NCBI GenBank assembly: GCA_004764695.1
Contig: SMSO01000008.1
Location: 744,001-808,000 of the forward strand
Source: Schizochytrium sp. TIO01
Lineage: Eukaryota > Protista > Bigyra: Labyrinthulomycetes
Direction: 5' to 3'
DNA: 64,000 bases
Below the pieces are notes generated by a model. That model did not search any database. It saw only the letters and a list, made by a program, of their open reading frames with translations, and was not told the DNA's origin. Positions 38,029 through 49,276 of the stretch are shown in pieces. Numbering within the stretch: the stretch's first letter is position 1; every line of letters begins with the position of its first letter. Both the position numbers and the translations under genes were made by a program.

Positions 38029-39477
38029 TTACTTAGCAGCATAAAGCTCGCGAACGGCCCTGCGCGCATGGGCTATGCTATCAGCAATACCAACACCATC
38101 AAAGTTGTTGCCAATAGTTCGAAGAAAGGGAAGCTCCTTTCCAAGCTCCTCACGAGCCTCTGCCACCTTTGTTTTGTGATTTAATGTGAACTGAGGAATG
38201 CAATTTCTGTGCAACACAGCCTTCGCAATAGTCGGAGTCTGTGAAATTCCAAGATGCTCCTGCACTTTAGCCAAAGCAAGTTCAATCATCTCCTCCTCAG
38301 AATATCTTGCGACCTCGGGAAACTGCATTCCACCCATCATCACCGTCAACCCACTTGATGTTGGTGTGAATTGCGAGGGGAAGACCTCAGAGTCATAAAT
38401 CATTCCAATGACGCACTGTACTTGTGATGTGGGGACTAGATGTCCAAACCCACTCACTGGAAGTTTCTCCATACCCTCCCACGCAAGATTAACAACACCT
38501 ACTGAAGCATACGGAGTTTCCTCTGCAAGTTTTCGCAGACGACTGCCTGTTCCACTAGGCAGAATGCGTGCAAGGCTGCGCATTGGCAGAGCTGAGATAA
38601 CTTTGTCTCCAGCCCCATCCATTCCCAGGACCTCTCCCGAATCCAGCCCAATCGCTCCATTACGGGAAATCGACACGACCTTTGTATCAGAGCGAATCTC
38701 GCAAGGTACATCCTTCTGATCTCTAATTTTCTGCACAAGTACTTCCGATAGACGTCCAAGTCCTCCCGGAAATGAAACCCCTGTAGCTTTGACCAATTCT
38801 CGACCTTGAGGTGTTTGGACCTCCTCCACATCAAACTTGGGAGGTTGAGCCTTGAATACCCCAAGCCCTCTGCCCACCATTGCGCGCACTACAGATCCAT
38901 GTTGCGCCTCAAGTTCTGCAAGCACTGGGAGGCATGCCTGAACAGATAACCTGCGAATGTCACCTGCAAAGATGCCTTGCAGAAGCGGATCCGCAAAGGT
39001 TTCTGCAACATAAGGCCCGAATCTCCTGCTGAAGAAATCATAAACACTCTCGTCGTGCCCATCGCCTTTTGCTACAAAGAGTGCTTCGCGGACTCCGGCC
39101 CAGGGCAGTATTCTGGTCATGGGGTCCTTAAGCATTGCCACGATGCTGGTGGGCATGACTCTGAGCTTGTTATTGTACCAAATATAGCGATTTTTTGCAG
39201 AGCTACTCGTGGAAACAGCCTCGTGCTCAAGACCAAGCTCCTCGACGAGTCGAATCGCAGAAGCGCCGCTGGGACCTACAGGACGGAAACTGTGCGGACC
39301 TCGCTCGAGAGTAATGTTGGACTGAGCATCGTGCTCAGACCAGAACCATCCGCCGGGACGAGGGCCGCTATCAACGAGGCGAAGGGAGCTGAGGGCGGGA
39401 CGCTGAAGGCGGCTTGCGGTGAAACATGCAGACAGGCCGCTCACGCCACCACCTAGAACCGTCAGACGTGGCGCCAT
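38029..39477 (-). CDS. PPOX: Protoporphyrinogen oxidase (HemY type)
   Basis: FAD motif GGGVSGL, LERGPHSFR, DESVYDFFSRRFG, GIFAGD, GFGHLVP, CIPQF and GVGIADSI. Confidence 0.95.
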   Translation of the reverse strand: MAPRLTVLGGGVSGLSACFTASRLQRPALSSLRLVDSGPRPGGWFWSEHDAQSNITLERGPHSFRPVGPSGASAIRLVEELGLEHEAVSTSSSAKNRYIWYNNKLRVMPTSIVAMLKDPMTRILPWAGVREALFVAKGDGHDESVYDFFSRRFGPYVAETFADPLLQGIFAGDIRRLSVQACLPVLAELEAQHGSVVRAMVGRGLGVFKAQPPKFDVEEVQTPQGRELVKATGVSFPGGLGRLSEVLVQKIRDQKDVPCEIRSDTKVVSISRNGAIGLDSGEVLGMDGAGDKVISALPMRSLARILPSGTGSRLRKLAEETPYASVGVVNLAWEGMEKLPVSGFGHLVPTSQVQCVIGMIYDSEVFPSQFTPTSSGLTVMMGGMQFPEVARYSEEEMIELALAKVQEHLGISQTPTIAKAVLHRNCIPQFTLNHKTKVAEAREELGKELPFLRTIGNNFDGVGIADSIAHARRAVRELYAAK

Positions 39478-40462
39478 GGCAGGGGCATCCAATACCTGAC
39501 GAGCGAAGGGCAAATGCCGAAGACAACTATCTAAGAGGAGCGAGAGAGAGCGAAGGAGACAGCACGAAGGAGGGTTGATGAGAACGGGTTACGAGAGGAT
39601 CAAGACCAACGAAAAGAAACACGATGCCGAGATGGCTACAGCGTGTGCCGAAAGTTAGTCAAGTTTGTAAGGATGGTTTACTGTTTTTACTGCTGCTGTG
39701 AAGATACACATGCTATAAAAAGAAAAACATATCAGTCGTAGGGACAGTCAAGCTTGACCTGAAGTAGGTTAATTGCAGAGAGAATAGTCAATAGTGTTGG
39801 CGGTACAGCACATCCAAACAAGGGTTTTGTAAAGAACTGTCATAGATACGGCATTGTAATGAAATGTAAAGGAGGTGAAAGGAAGTCGAGGGAAGAGGCG
39901 CGGATTCAGACGATTAATGGGAGAAATTGGAGACTACAGAGAAGGTGGGAAAATGCACGCGGAGAAAAAATAAAGACCGCACGAGGCTGATGGCCTAATC
40001 TATACATTGAATTGCTCTCTGTTTGGAGTCAACCACCTGCCCATGATGTGTCTCTAGTTAGCCTTCACAAATTATATGCAAATAGGCATGCATCACTCTG
40101 AACACAACGACAAATACCAACTCTTGTGAACACCTAAAACTCTGACTGACCTATTTTACTATCCACATTCTTATCATGATGTCAAATTCAATGAAGATCA
40201 TGCATTCTTGAAGGCTCGTGACATAGGCGTGACAAATACGCGCAACGGGTTTTTGCTACTTCAAGGGCTTCGAGAATTGTTAACTGATCTGTAACAATCC
40301 TACTTTTTCAATATGAGCTGCCTGAAACTGCTCGATTTTGAAGTATCACTGATCTTAGACTTCAACAAGTTATGTATCTAAAGAGGGATACACCTCAAGT
40401 TGACAGAGAAAGGGAGGAGATCGTGAAGGAATAGCACAAAAACCTTGGAGAGGGCGCGGAGA

Positions 40463-41260
40463 GTGAAAAGAAATTCATCAGAGTACTTGCTGCTTTTGCG
40501 AAGTCTCGCAAGCCCAATAAAAGCCTGTGTGCCACTGCAGAGGAAGTACTACTGAAGAATGGAGACTTCCTGTGGGCTGCCAGTCCATAGACAACGATGG
40601 AGATCTCCAGGGGGATTTGGTGCTACAAGACCCAGCTTACATCGGAAACGGATTTCTTAGAGGCCAAACTGCTGTCGATAACCACAACAAATCTCCTCTA
40701 TACGCCCTCCTCCTTGGTATTACCTCCGTTACTAGAGGTGGGCGGCTTTCATTTAACAACTGAGAATCCAGAAACGCTGCGACATCTCGCTATTTTCATA
40801 GCAAGTGTGGTGATGAGCAGCTTCATTTTGCTCAGAATTAAAGAGTCTGACAACTTGCCCCTAGAGCTCGTGCCTGTCTTCCTGAGGTCTATGGTGGGCT
40901 TGTCGCCACGATGCGTGTACGGGTTGACTATTTCAATTGGTGATGCTGTTATCGACGAGGATTTCGTCAATGCTTTATGTGAGGTTCAGGCCATGCAACT
41001 GAGGATTAAGGGTCCCCAGGACTAAGTCACTCATGCAACATCTTGAAGGAAAGTATTACCTTGGGAAAATAATCTACTTGGGCCATGGTCCACTACCTGA
41101 CACACTCACCGAAAGTCCTACAGCCAAGCCCACGAAGCCGGGCACGGGTTGCTTGATGTTCAACCGCAAGAAGCGAAAATGCAAGCATAACCGCTTCTGC
41201 AGTAATGTGCACTTTACAGACGACAAGACCATCTTATGAAATCGTTGCATCATGAACAAT
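40463..41260 (+). pseudogene. Frameshifted relic of a putative secreted or surface protein
   Basis: Consecutive short frames give a hydrophobic leader (YLLLLRSLASPIKAC), a receptor-L-domain-like segment (CQSID..GDLVL..LLGITSVTRGGRLSFNN), a PTAKPT linker and a Cys/Lys-rich tail, broken by stops and frameshifts. Confidence 0.45.
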
Positions 41261-41632
41261 TCGCAAACTTTTTAATGACACATCAAGAACCATTCGCAGC
41301 ATCAGAAAGAGCACATCGTTCACATCTTGTATGAATCGTGACGGTAGTAAGTTCAATCTCAATTGAACATCAACTGTTGTCTTCAAGTTTATTTAGGATT
41401 TTTACTACATCAACATTTCACTGAAGGCTTTTAACTTTCGACAATTTACCTATATGAGAACAGTGCAATCCCTAATAGATATATAGTCAAGGGTTATTTC
41501 ACGCCATGCCATGCCAGGTAAGTGATTGCTCATCGGCTTGGACTAGTCAAAGCTATGATGGCAATAAAATGAACATGATGAACATTATATATTTTAATTT
41601 AAATTAAAAAAAAAGAAACCTTCAAGATAACG

Positions 41633-43423
41633 ATGCAAAGCTTATTCATCAAGAGGCAGCGCGATAAGGTCGTAGCTCGAGGCGCTATGAAGCGCAGAAA
41701 GCAGGGGCCTCCACCTCTTGCATTCTCATCCCGTAACGTGGCCCCAAGGCGCGTCGAAGGGAACCCCGCTTCGACGTCTGGCAGCAATTACAACCACAAC
41801 CACAACTTGAACGTCAACGGAGCGAATGTCAATAACAATGCCACCAACAATAGCAACTTTAACTATTCAACAACTGCAAAGCGTGGGCAAGGAGCTGTAT
41901 CAAGTGGCAGTCATCCTCAGCTTTCGCTGCAACATATTCCAATATCGACGCAGAGCTCTGGGAGTAATGGTCCAAGTTCGTGGAATTTAAGGAATTCGTC
42001 AAACCCAGTTCAGGGAGTATTTGGAGGCGACGAGACTGTGGATGAGTTGCAAATGCTACGTGAAAAGTTAAGGGAACTAGAAGAGAAGAATTCGACCCTA
42101 GAGGAGGACAACTTTGGTCTAAAGTCTGAATTACTGTGCAGAGACACAGAGGAGAAGCATGGTAAATCAAAAATTATTGAGAATCTAAAATCAGAGCTTT
42201 CCTTTACACAGCGTCAGCTGGACCAAACGACCCAAGCATTGAAAAATGAGAGCAAAAGGGTCAAGGAACTTGGTGAAGATTTACAGCAACAACAAAGAAT
42301 GCAGCAACAACAAAGAGCCCGATTACAACGCATTCAAGACCTTCAGAGGCAAAACTCAGCACCCAATTCTGGATCAGAATTGCAGCGAACCGCAAACAAG
42401 CGTCGCATGGTTGGCGGAGATGATAACCGGGCGCCCAAACCTCTCCAATTGTACACAAGATCCCACAGTACTGAATCCGTAGAAAGTAAAGGGATATCAC
42501 CCGGCACAGATTCTCAACAACACGGAGACACGCTTAAGACGTCCTTGTCGAACCTTTCATCTACCTCAATTGGTTCTTCCTCATCCTCAACAACAGCCCC
42601 ATCATTAGTATCCTCAACAATAAACCCCAAGCAAGGTAAATCTGTTTCTGCCTTGTCGAGCATCTTTACTGCAGAGGACCAAGCTCGCTTGCTGAAGAGT
42701 ATTGACATATCCAATGCCGTAGCTCTCAGTGAGGGCCAAATTGAGCGTGTTCTGGTGGATGAACTCGGGAGATGCTTACAAACAAACTGCGCAGGCCCCT
42801 TGGAGGACGCCTTGGAGGCGCTCCTTCGAGGTCTAGGGAAATGTATAAAGAAGCGAAAGCCTACGTTAACGGACCAACTTGCTACGTCACTTTTGATTCC
42901 TGCATTCTTGAGCTACTTCAGAGACGAGAAACGGCGAAGCAAGAAAGAAAGAAACATCTGCGCCGAAATTGCTGGTTTTCTCACGCCCCTTGCGCGACAA
43001 ACACGAACATCAAGCCAGGGTGGCGTAGATCTCGTCCAAACATTCGCTGTATTCATTAAAAAACAAACACAGGAACTTGAACTATGGCTTTCAGAGTTGC
43101 CCGAAAAGTGGGCGCAGATTCTAGAGCTCTTTTCTGTCATATCCGCCATTGAAGCGCCAGTAGTGAAAACAACTGTTTTACCTGATATATATACGTTGCT
43201 CGAGTCTCATGCCAGGATTTCCCAAAAGCATCAGGGGATTATGCTGCCTGTGATTCAGTTCTGTACCACGCTTATTGCTGCTCGGCCCAATTATCTTAAT
43301 TATGTCGATGACGCAGCAACTTCAAAGCAGGGAGCCATTCTCCATCTCCTTCGATCCCTTGGCGATGATGGCTATGAATCTGCTACGTGGCTTCGAAATG
43401 CGATCCTTCGTCTCAAAGAATAA
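41633..43423 (+). CDS. Coiled-coil protein with helical C-terminal domain; possibly ATRIP/Rad26-like
   Basis: 596-aa ORF with an NLS-like KRRK, a long coiled coil containing LKSELSF, a Ser-rich linker and a Leu-rich helical C-terminus. The family assignment is an inference. Confidence 0.8.
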   Translation: MQSLFIKRQRDKVVARGAMKRRKQGPPPLAFSSRNVAPRRVEGNPASTSGSNYNHNHNLNVNGANVNNNATNNSNFNYSTTAKRGQGAVSSGSHPQLSLQHIPISTQSSGSNGPSSWNLRNSSNPVQGVFGGDETVDELQMLREKLRELEEKNSTLEEDNFGLKSELLCRDTEEKHGKSKIIENLKSELSFTQRQLDQTTQALKNESKRVKELGEDLQQQQRMQQQQRARLQRIQDLQRQNSAPNSGSELQRTANKRRMVGGDDNRAPKPLQLYTRSHSTESVESKGISPGTDSQQHGDTLKTSLSNLSSTSIGSSSSSTTAPSLVSSTINPKQGKSVSALSSIFTAEDQARLLKSIDISNAVALSEGQIERVLVDELGRCLQTNCAGPLEDALEALLRGLGKCIKKRKPTLTDQLATSLLIPAFLSYFRDEKRRSKKERNICAEIAGFLTPLARQTRTSSQGGVDLVQTFAVFIKKQTQELELWLSELPEKWAQILELFSVISAIEAPVVKTTVLPDIYTLLESHARISQKHQGIMLPVIQFCTTLIAARPNYLNYVDDAATSKQGAILHLLRSLGDDGYESATWLRNAILRLKE

Positions 43424-43962
43424 CTTGCATAGTAATACTGGGCGATTACCTGGCTGTGTCAACACCACACAATATCTTAGCTATTAGCTACTAATGTACC
43501 AGGCTCTGATTATCTGTGACGTTGTACCTCATATGGATTGCAAAACCTAAATTGGTCTCTTTGTGTTTTCGTAAGTTGCAAAGGGCATTTGAATTGGGAA
43601 GCTCTCAAACTTTACCAACTCATCATAAACATACAGTCATTACAATTTTATAATTATATAGTCTATCTCATCTATCACAAATTGTAATTGCTCATATCAT
43701 TCACCTACTCATTATACAAAAACCTAAACAAAATACCATTGATCTCAGAATTAAAAGTGCAAAAAAAAGCGGTACCAATTCTAAACTTATAGAACCATAA
43801 AACCAAGTAATTAGACTCAATGATTGGAAGATATTTTGAACTAGTTAGGCGCAAAAATTTTAAGTGGTGGTGAAATCGTGTACACATCGATGTGTAAAGG
43901 CAGAATACCTCTCTTTATCGAAGCACGACTAGGCATGTTTCCTGCATATGTGTGTGCTCACT

Positions 43963-46900
43963 CTAAGAATGGGAAGTAGAAGCCGATGAGTCCTGCAAAT
44001 CTTCAAGCTCTTCAGTTGTGAAAGCCCGCTTTGTTTTTTCCCAAGTGTCAGCATGAGTGCGCTTAAAGTCAGCAACTGCCTTCTGAGCCTCATTGCCAAC
44101 GCCTGCAGGGTCGTTTACACGTCGGGCAAGCGCCACCACGGCCTGTGGGAATGGCACAGTGTACGGGAAGGCATTCACAACTGCAGAGAGACCAAGAACT
44201 CCAGTCATTCGCTTTTTTAGCTTTTCTTTGCCCTCGTCAGTCTTGTACTGGTCCCGTTTGACCTTGGTATTTGCGAGCTTGACGTAGCGATCCCGGGTCA
44301 CCTCGAGTGATGCTGATTCAGCCTTATATGCAGACAATACACGCATCAACATAGCACTGGCAATCGTCTGTACCTCCACCTGCGGATCCCGCAAAAGCTT
44401 TTCAATCTCCTTACGCGTGTGAATTGCGCCTACAGCATAGCCCAACGAAAACATGTTGAGTGTGAACAATGCTCCCAACAGCTGGACAACAGCAACGCGT
44501 GCGTGCCACAGCTCTACAGGAAGGTCGTTTTCGCTGATCGTCCGAATAAGCTCGACTGCTGATGCACTCTCGCAGATCGTAACGCTGGCCATACAGCCAG
44601 CAGCAGACTTTGCCTTCCCGCCCACATCAACGTTTGGATGGCCTTGAGCCTCCAGAATCACAGGGACACAGTACACGAGATACTTCTCTACAACAGGCCC
44701 TCCGCACATAACAATAGAAGCAGACAAATGCAGTGCGGTCTCGTATGTGCGAGTGGTGGCACTGGTCTCCTTTTCACGAGACACGCCCAAAACCGCCTTA
44801 TCAAGCTGAGAGAAAATCTTCTCAGACCATGAAGAGTACTCGAGATCACGCCGCATTGAAACATCAATTAGAGCAGCTAAAGTACGCCCAAGCTCGCGAC
44901 GGACGGTTTCGTACGGGTGAGAGGCGGTGGCAACGAGCTTCGGGGCCAGCTGTGCGCAGGTCTTCTCTAGCTCCTTCGATGGTTCAGACTCATACACCAA
45001 AGCACGAACAACACGTAGAAGATTAGTTGTCTTGATTGCATCGCCGTCAACAGTGGAATCAAGCATCTCCATGAGTTTCTCAACAAAGATCTGGAGATGC
45101 AAACCGTCAGCAGGAGCTAAGCGGAACGAGTCCAGCCAGACTTCGGCGGACTCTAGGCTAGCATCATCGAAAGCACGCAATACAGAGTCCAAGAGAGACT
45201 TATTACCAGCAGCACCACCATTCACAAGTCCTGCAAAAACCTCTGCAGAGGCACAGATACGAGACTGATGTTCAGCAGTCTCAGTTCCTTCGAATAACAA
45301 CGATTCTAGATGAGGAAGCAACGCATTTACACATGCCTCGGCACCAAGGGATTCGCAAAGACTTTTCATTATCAGCATATGGGAGGTGCTGAAGGTCTTG
45401 GCATGAGATGGCATGCAGGTACGGGGAGAGAACCTTGATCCAGGGAAACGAGCAAGGCGAAGAAGCTCACCCACGCCAGCAGACCAGTCAGACTTTTGCT
45501 TGATGCCTTTGGCATTGCCATCCACAGATACAGTAGCATTACTGTGGTCCTGAGAAAGAGTCTCCAAAATCATTGAGAATTCATCAGGGCCAAGAGACAG
45601 ATTTGTGACCATGCCGCTACGTTCACTATCCGGAAGAGCTTGCAACAGCTGTACAAGGACAGAGCTGGACGCAGATCGCAGTGGAAGAACATCACTTGTA
45701 GTCCTTGAAGTAATCCAGGACAGAACAGATTCATCCAAAGCTTCGTCAGCAGTTTGAGCAAGCACACATGCAACGACGCACGAGGCAATTTCGTTTCGCC
45801 AGGAAAGACTATTTCCTGCGTTACACGTGACGTCATGCAACAGTTTGGCGCGCAGCGATTCAGTCTTTTTATCGAGAGGAATATGAGTCCAAGCCTGGAG
45901 AACAAGCACCATAAGTCCACGCAAGCCATCCGCAGCAGGACGTTGTTTGTCTTCTGGAAGCTCGGTCACAGAAGCATCCAGAATCAATGCGCGCAGACAC
46001 TGATCCAGCAGGTACCAGTCCGAGCTAATCCAGCGAATCATTTTGTTCCAAGACAGAATATCACCAGCTCCCAAGATGCGACCGTGAAGCTTCTTTTCCA
46101 GAAGTGCATCAAGGAAGGTGGGGATCTGAGCCTTGCCGAACCACGGCGAACGAGTAATAAGGTCCTTGATGGCCTCTGCAGCAATCTGGCGTGTGTCTGT
46201 CCAATCATGTTCATTGGCGTCAACAAGTGCTCCAAAGCAATCCTTCAGAGCATCTTCCTCACCTTCATCCTTGTCAGCACGAGCATTTTCAAACGCACGT
46301 TGATGTTGCTGCAAGTAATATAGTGTTTGGACATCATCAAGTTGATGGAATCGAGGCACAATCCAGTCACGTCGGTCGAGAAGCTCATCATCACGCTTTG
46401 CTTGAATCTCAGCAACGTAAGCGCTCGAGTTCATCGTCTCCCGCATGTATGCAAACCACAGGTTACGACCATGCAACTTCTTCGCAGACTTGGAGCTCGA
46501 ACCAAAGGAGGTAAGAACAGTGCGAATGGACTTAATGATGCGACGATGGGAGACCGTGTCGGTCTCACGCTCTTTCAGCAGTTGAGAAAGCATTCCACTC
46601 ATCGTGCGCATCTGTTCGTGACGAGCGGAACGACCAGTGACAAAAGATGAAGAAGCACGTGTAACCTGGAAGAGCAACTCGAGTTCTTTTCGCACAACTA
46701 GGCTCGATGAGTTATCACTCATCGCCTTCTTAAATCCATCCATAGCTGCCGTGCGGTAGTACTCACTCAGACGCTTGGCCATCGAAATCTCATCTTTGGT
46801 AGGTTCGTGCCACTGAACGCTAGAACAGGTGTCCGTCCATGCCTGGGGTTGGCCCCAGGATACAGCTGCACGCAGCATATTCTTCTTGTCCTGGTCATTC

Positions 46901-49254
46901 TCCAGATAAATCGAGCTGCGGGAGGCAATGTAGCGCTCACAGAGTCCACGAATGGAGCGACGTAAGAGTTTTCCGCCAAGCTTGCGGACTGATGCATCCT
47001 CGTGCTCAAGGGCAAGATCAATAGCTCGCATAATGTCATTCTCGTAAGGCAACAAATAGGTTCCAAGAACACGAGCCATTGCACCAAGGATCACGAGAGA
47101 CCACTGAAGCATGCGCTCGGAAGAGTCAGGATTGGTGGCACGCTTCAACATAGGCTCAAATAAACCCTTGAGAACGACCTCCTTGATGACCTTTTCGTCC
47201 TTTCCGGCGACGAAGCTTGCAACGTAAGAGCGTACGATAGATTTAGACTCACGAATTGCATCCAAATAAATCTTGTCTAAAGCCCATTCATTGATTCGGT
47301 CACCAGCACGTGCACGCACAGCAGGACTCATCTGGGAGAAGAGCAGACGACCTGTGATGGCGATACCTGAGAAAACAGCATTATCCATCTGCTCGGCTAC
47401 ACCACCTTTGGCACGCTTGACTTGGTTGCCAATGAACATGAGAAGCCTTTCAAGGCAAGCAAGGGACCACTCTACTAAAAAGTTATTACTTCGCCACATC
47501 GCATCGCGCATGGGACCTTCGTCTTCAGCCTGAGCTTCCTTATCTGGATCATCGATCCCAAAACTAATGGACACACCCTCTTTCATTTTGCGTGAATCGC
47601 CAGTCAGCTCCGGAGCGTGTGACGGGTATTCAAGACCCTCGGCCTCTACATCAATGATGGGCACCCAGCTCAGTACGACTTGGTACAACATGTTTGTAGC
47701 GACGGTCTTGAAGATGTCGTTCGAGTCAATACCCGGCAAAGCAAGATCGAGAAATTCCGGGAGGGCCTCGGCAATCAAAGGTCTCACTTGAAGTAGCGGT
47801 TGGAGAAGCACAGTGAGCATTTTGATTGCTGCTGGGGCATGGTGAGTTTGGTTGAGGTTGTTAGGATCAAGTGCTTCGGCAATCACCTCGATAAAGTGAT
47901 CAGCAACAGTAATAGGAGCAACGTAAGCAAGCTGTCCAATGCTGACTTGAGAAAGGTGAACAACCGAGCGAATCTTCGAGTACATGCCCATTGTCACCAA
48001 AGGCAACAGTGTTGCCACGAATGAGCGCTTGTCTTCTGCTGAGAATGGCTTGTCGCCATTGGGAAGCTCCTCCGCTCGCTCACGACCAAGCCTACGAACA
48101 AAATTCTCACACAGGTTTGCGGCAAAAGAAACAACATTTGTTGTGTTCCGATCAGCATTGCTTGGGTGGAAAAGTGTCTGAATAGCAGTAAGCAAACGAC
48201 GCATGTACAAAAGTCCAGCGGATAGGTGCTGGTCCTGGTCAAGGCAAGCCATGAGTTCCTCACGACTGTTCGAGGTCAACAGAGACTCTCCCTGGTTCTC
48301 GCCACCCACATGGGTGGAGTAGTAATCTGCAGCAGTTGCCTGGCCAATGAGAGCTACGGAAATGCCTGCGCCATACGACGATCCAGATGTCTTGGTCCCA
48401 AACGCAGACAAGAAAACGGGGCGCGAGGTGCGTACGGGAGGCGTAAATCCACTCGGTGAGGGAAGGCGCAAGGACATTTGCACACGACGAGCAAGCTCGG
48501 CTAGAAAAGAAATATCATCGTTCACACAGGCACGAGCGCCACCCCACTTCAGGGCACGGCGCACAATGCGGAGCCAGCCGGCGTCCCAGTCTGCACACTG
48601 CTCAATCTTAGGCCACTCCTCAAGTACCCAGCGACGGATATGATCTGCATATGCTGGGCATGGTGTGGAGGGTAGAAACGTGGTCAGGATGGTCTGGCCA
48701 ATAAAGAGGTCGCGTGAAAGAGGATCTTCCATGTAGGCGTAGGCAATCTTGCAAACCTCATCAGTGATGTCTGCACTGTAGTAGTACCGCGCGACGCGAC
48801 AGAAGTCAGCCAAAGCAGTTGCGTGACCGGTAAGAACCTTGATGCTTGCAGGCTCGCGTTCTCCAGGACCGCGGGGCTTCCAATGAGTTTTTTCAGCAAT
48901 GGCAAGAAGCTCTTGCCACTTGAGCTCCGTCAGTTTAGTGCCCAATCCCACACGACGATCTTGCAGAAAGGTTTTCAGTGATTTGAGGGTCTTGATCTGA
49001 CCGCTCAGGGTTTGCCCGTCGCTCTTGACAAGCTCAAGCAACATGTTCGTCAATTTGGCATGGTCATCGAGCGAAAATCGTCCCTTAAGATTGTAGTAGG
49101 TTGTGAGGCGGCGGGTCACAACAGACGCATAGGTGAAGTTCTTTTCGTCAATCGCCTTGCGTAGTTCAACGAGACACTCCGGAACAATTTCAGGGGAAGC
49201 ACTGGGCGATCTATCCGGAAGACCCTGCACAAGAACGTGCATTTCGCCCGTCAT
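43963..49254 (-). CDS. PSME4: Proteasome activator complex subunit 4 (PA200/Blm10)
   Basis: 1763-aa HEAT-like ORF with family motifs TLFHPSN, LALPGIDSNDIFKT, QWHEPT, GVLGLSAVVNAFPYTVP and DFKRTHADTW. Confidence 0.93.
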   Translation of the reverse strand: MTGEMHVLVQGLPDRSPSASPEIVPECLVELRKAIDEKNFTYASVVTRRLTTYYNLKGRFSLDDHAKLTNMLLELVKSDGQTLSGQIKTLKSLKTFLQDRRVGLGTKLTELKWQELLAIAEKTHWKPRGPGEREPASIKVLTGHATALADFCRVARYYYSADITDEVCKIAYAYMEDPLSRDLFIGQTILTTFLPSTPCPAYADHIRRWVLEEWPKIEQCADWDAGWLRIVRRALKWGGARACVNDDISFLAELARRVQMSLRLPSPSGFTPPVRTSRPVFLSAFGTKTSGSSYGAGISVALIGQATAADYYSTHVGGENQGESLLTSNSREELMACLDQDQHLSAGLLYMRRLLTAIQTLFHPSNADRNTTNVVSFAANLCENFVRRLGRERAEELPNGDKPFSAEDKRSFVATLLPLVTMGMYSKIRSVVHLSQVSIGQLAYVAPITVADHFIEVIAEALDPNNLNQTHHAPAAIKMLTVLLQPLLQVRPLIAEALPEFLDLALPGIDSNDIFKTVATNMLYQVVLSWVPIIDVEAEGLEYPSHAPELTGDSRKMKEGVSISFGIDDPDKEAQAEDEGPMRDAMWRSNNFLVEWSLACLERLLMFIGNQVKRAKGGVAEQMDNAVFSGIAITGRLLFSQMSPAVRARAGDRINEWALDKIYLDAIRESKSIVRSYVASFVAGKDEKVIKEVVLKGLFEPMLKRATNPDSSERMLQWSLVILGAMARVLGTYLLPYENDIMRAIDLALEHEDASVRKLGGKLLRRSIRGLCERYIASRSSIYLENDQDKKNMLRAAVSWGQPQAWTDTCSSVQWHEPTKDEISMAKRLSEYYRTAAMDGFKKAMSDNSSSLVVRKELELLFQVTRASSSFVTGRSARHEQMRTMSGMLSQLLKERETDTVSHRRIIKSIRTVLTSFGSSSKSAKKLHGRNLWFAYMRETMNSSAYVAEIQAKRDDELLDRRDWIVPRFHQLDDVQTLYYLQQHQRAFENARADKDEGEEDALKDCFGALVDANEHDWTDTRQIAAEAIKDLITRSPWFGKAQIPTFLDALLEKKLHGRILGAGDILSWNKMIRWISSDWYLLDQCLRALILDASVTELPEDKQRPAADGLRGLMVLVLQAWTHIPLDKKTESLRAKLLHDVTCNAGNSLSWRNEIASCVVACVLAQTADEALDESVLSWITSRTTSDVLPLRSASSSVLVQLLQALPDSERSGMVTNLSLGPDEFSMILETLSQDHSNATVSVDGNAKGIKQKSDWSAGVGELLRLARFPGSRFSPRTCMPSHAKTFSTSHMLIMKSLCESLGAEACVNALLPHLESLLFEGTETAEHQSRICASAEVFAGLVNGGAAGNKSLLDSVLRAFDDASLESAEVWLDSFRLAPADGLHLQIFVEKLMEMLDSTVDGDAIKTTNLLRVVRALVYESEPSKELEKTCAQLAPKLVATASHPYETVRRELGRTLAALIDVSMRRDLEYSSWSEKIFSQLDKAVLGVSREKETSATTRTYETALHLSASIVMCGGPVVEKYLVYCVPVILEAQGHPNVDVGGKAKSAAGCMASVTICESASAVELIRTISENDLPVELWHARVAVVQLLGALFTLNMFSLGYAVGAIHTRKEIEKLLRDPQVEVQTIASAMLMRVLSAYKAESASLEVTRDRYVKLANTKVKRDQYKTDEGKEKLKKRMTGVLGLSAVVNAFPYTVPFPQAVVALARRVNDPAGVGNEAQKAVADFKRTHADTWEKTKRAFTTEELEDLQDSSASTSHS

Positions 49255-49276
49255 AGTTTCTAAAGTTTCTTTGGGA

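Noticed and set aside
40160-40295. RNGFLLL resembling an HNH endonuclease fragment
   Set aside because: A single short motif in a brief frame; the other catalytic residues could not be found.
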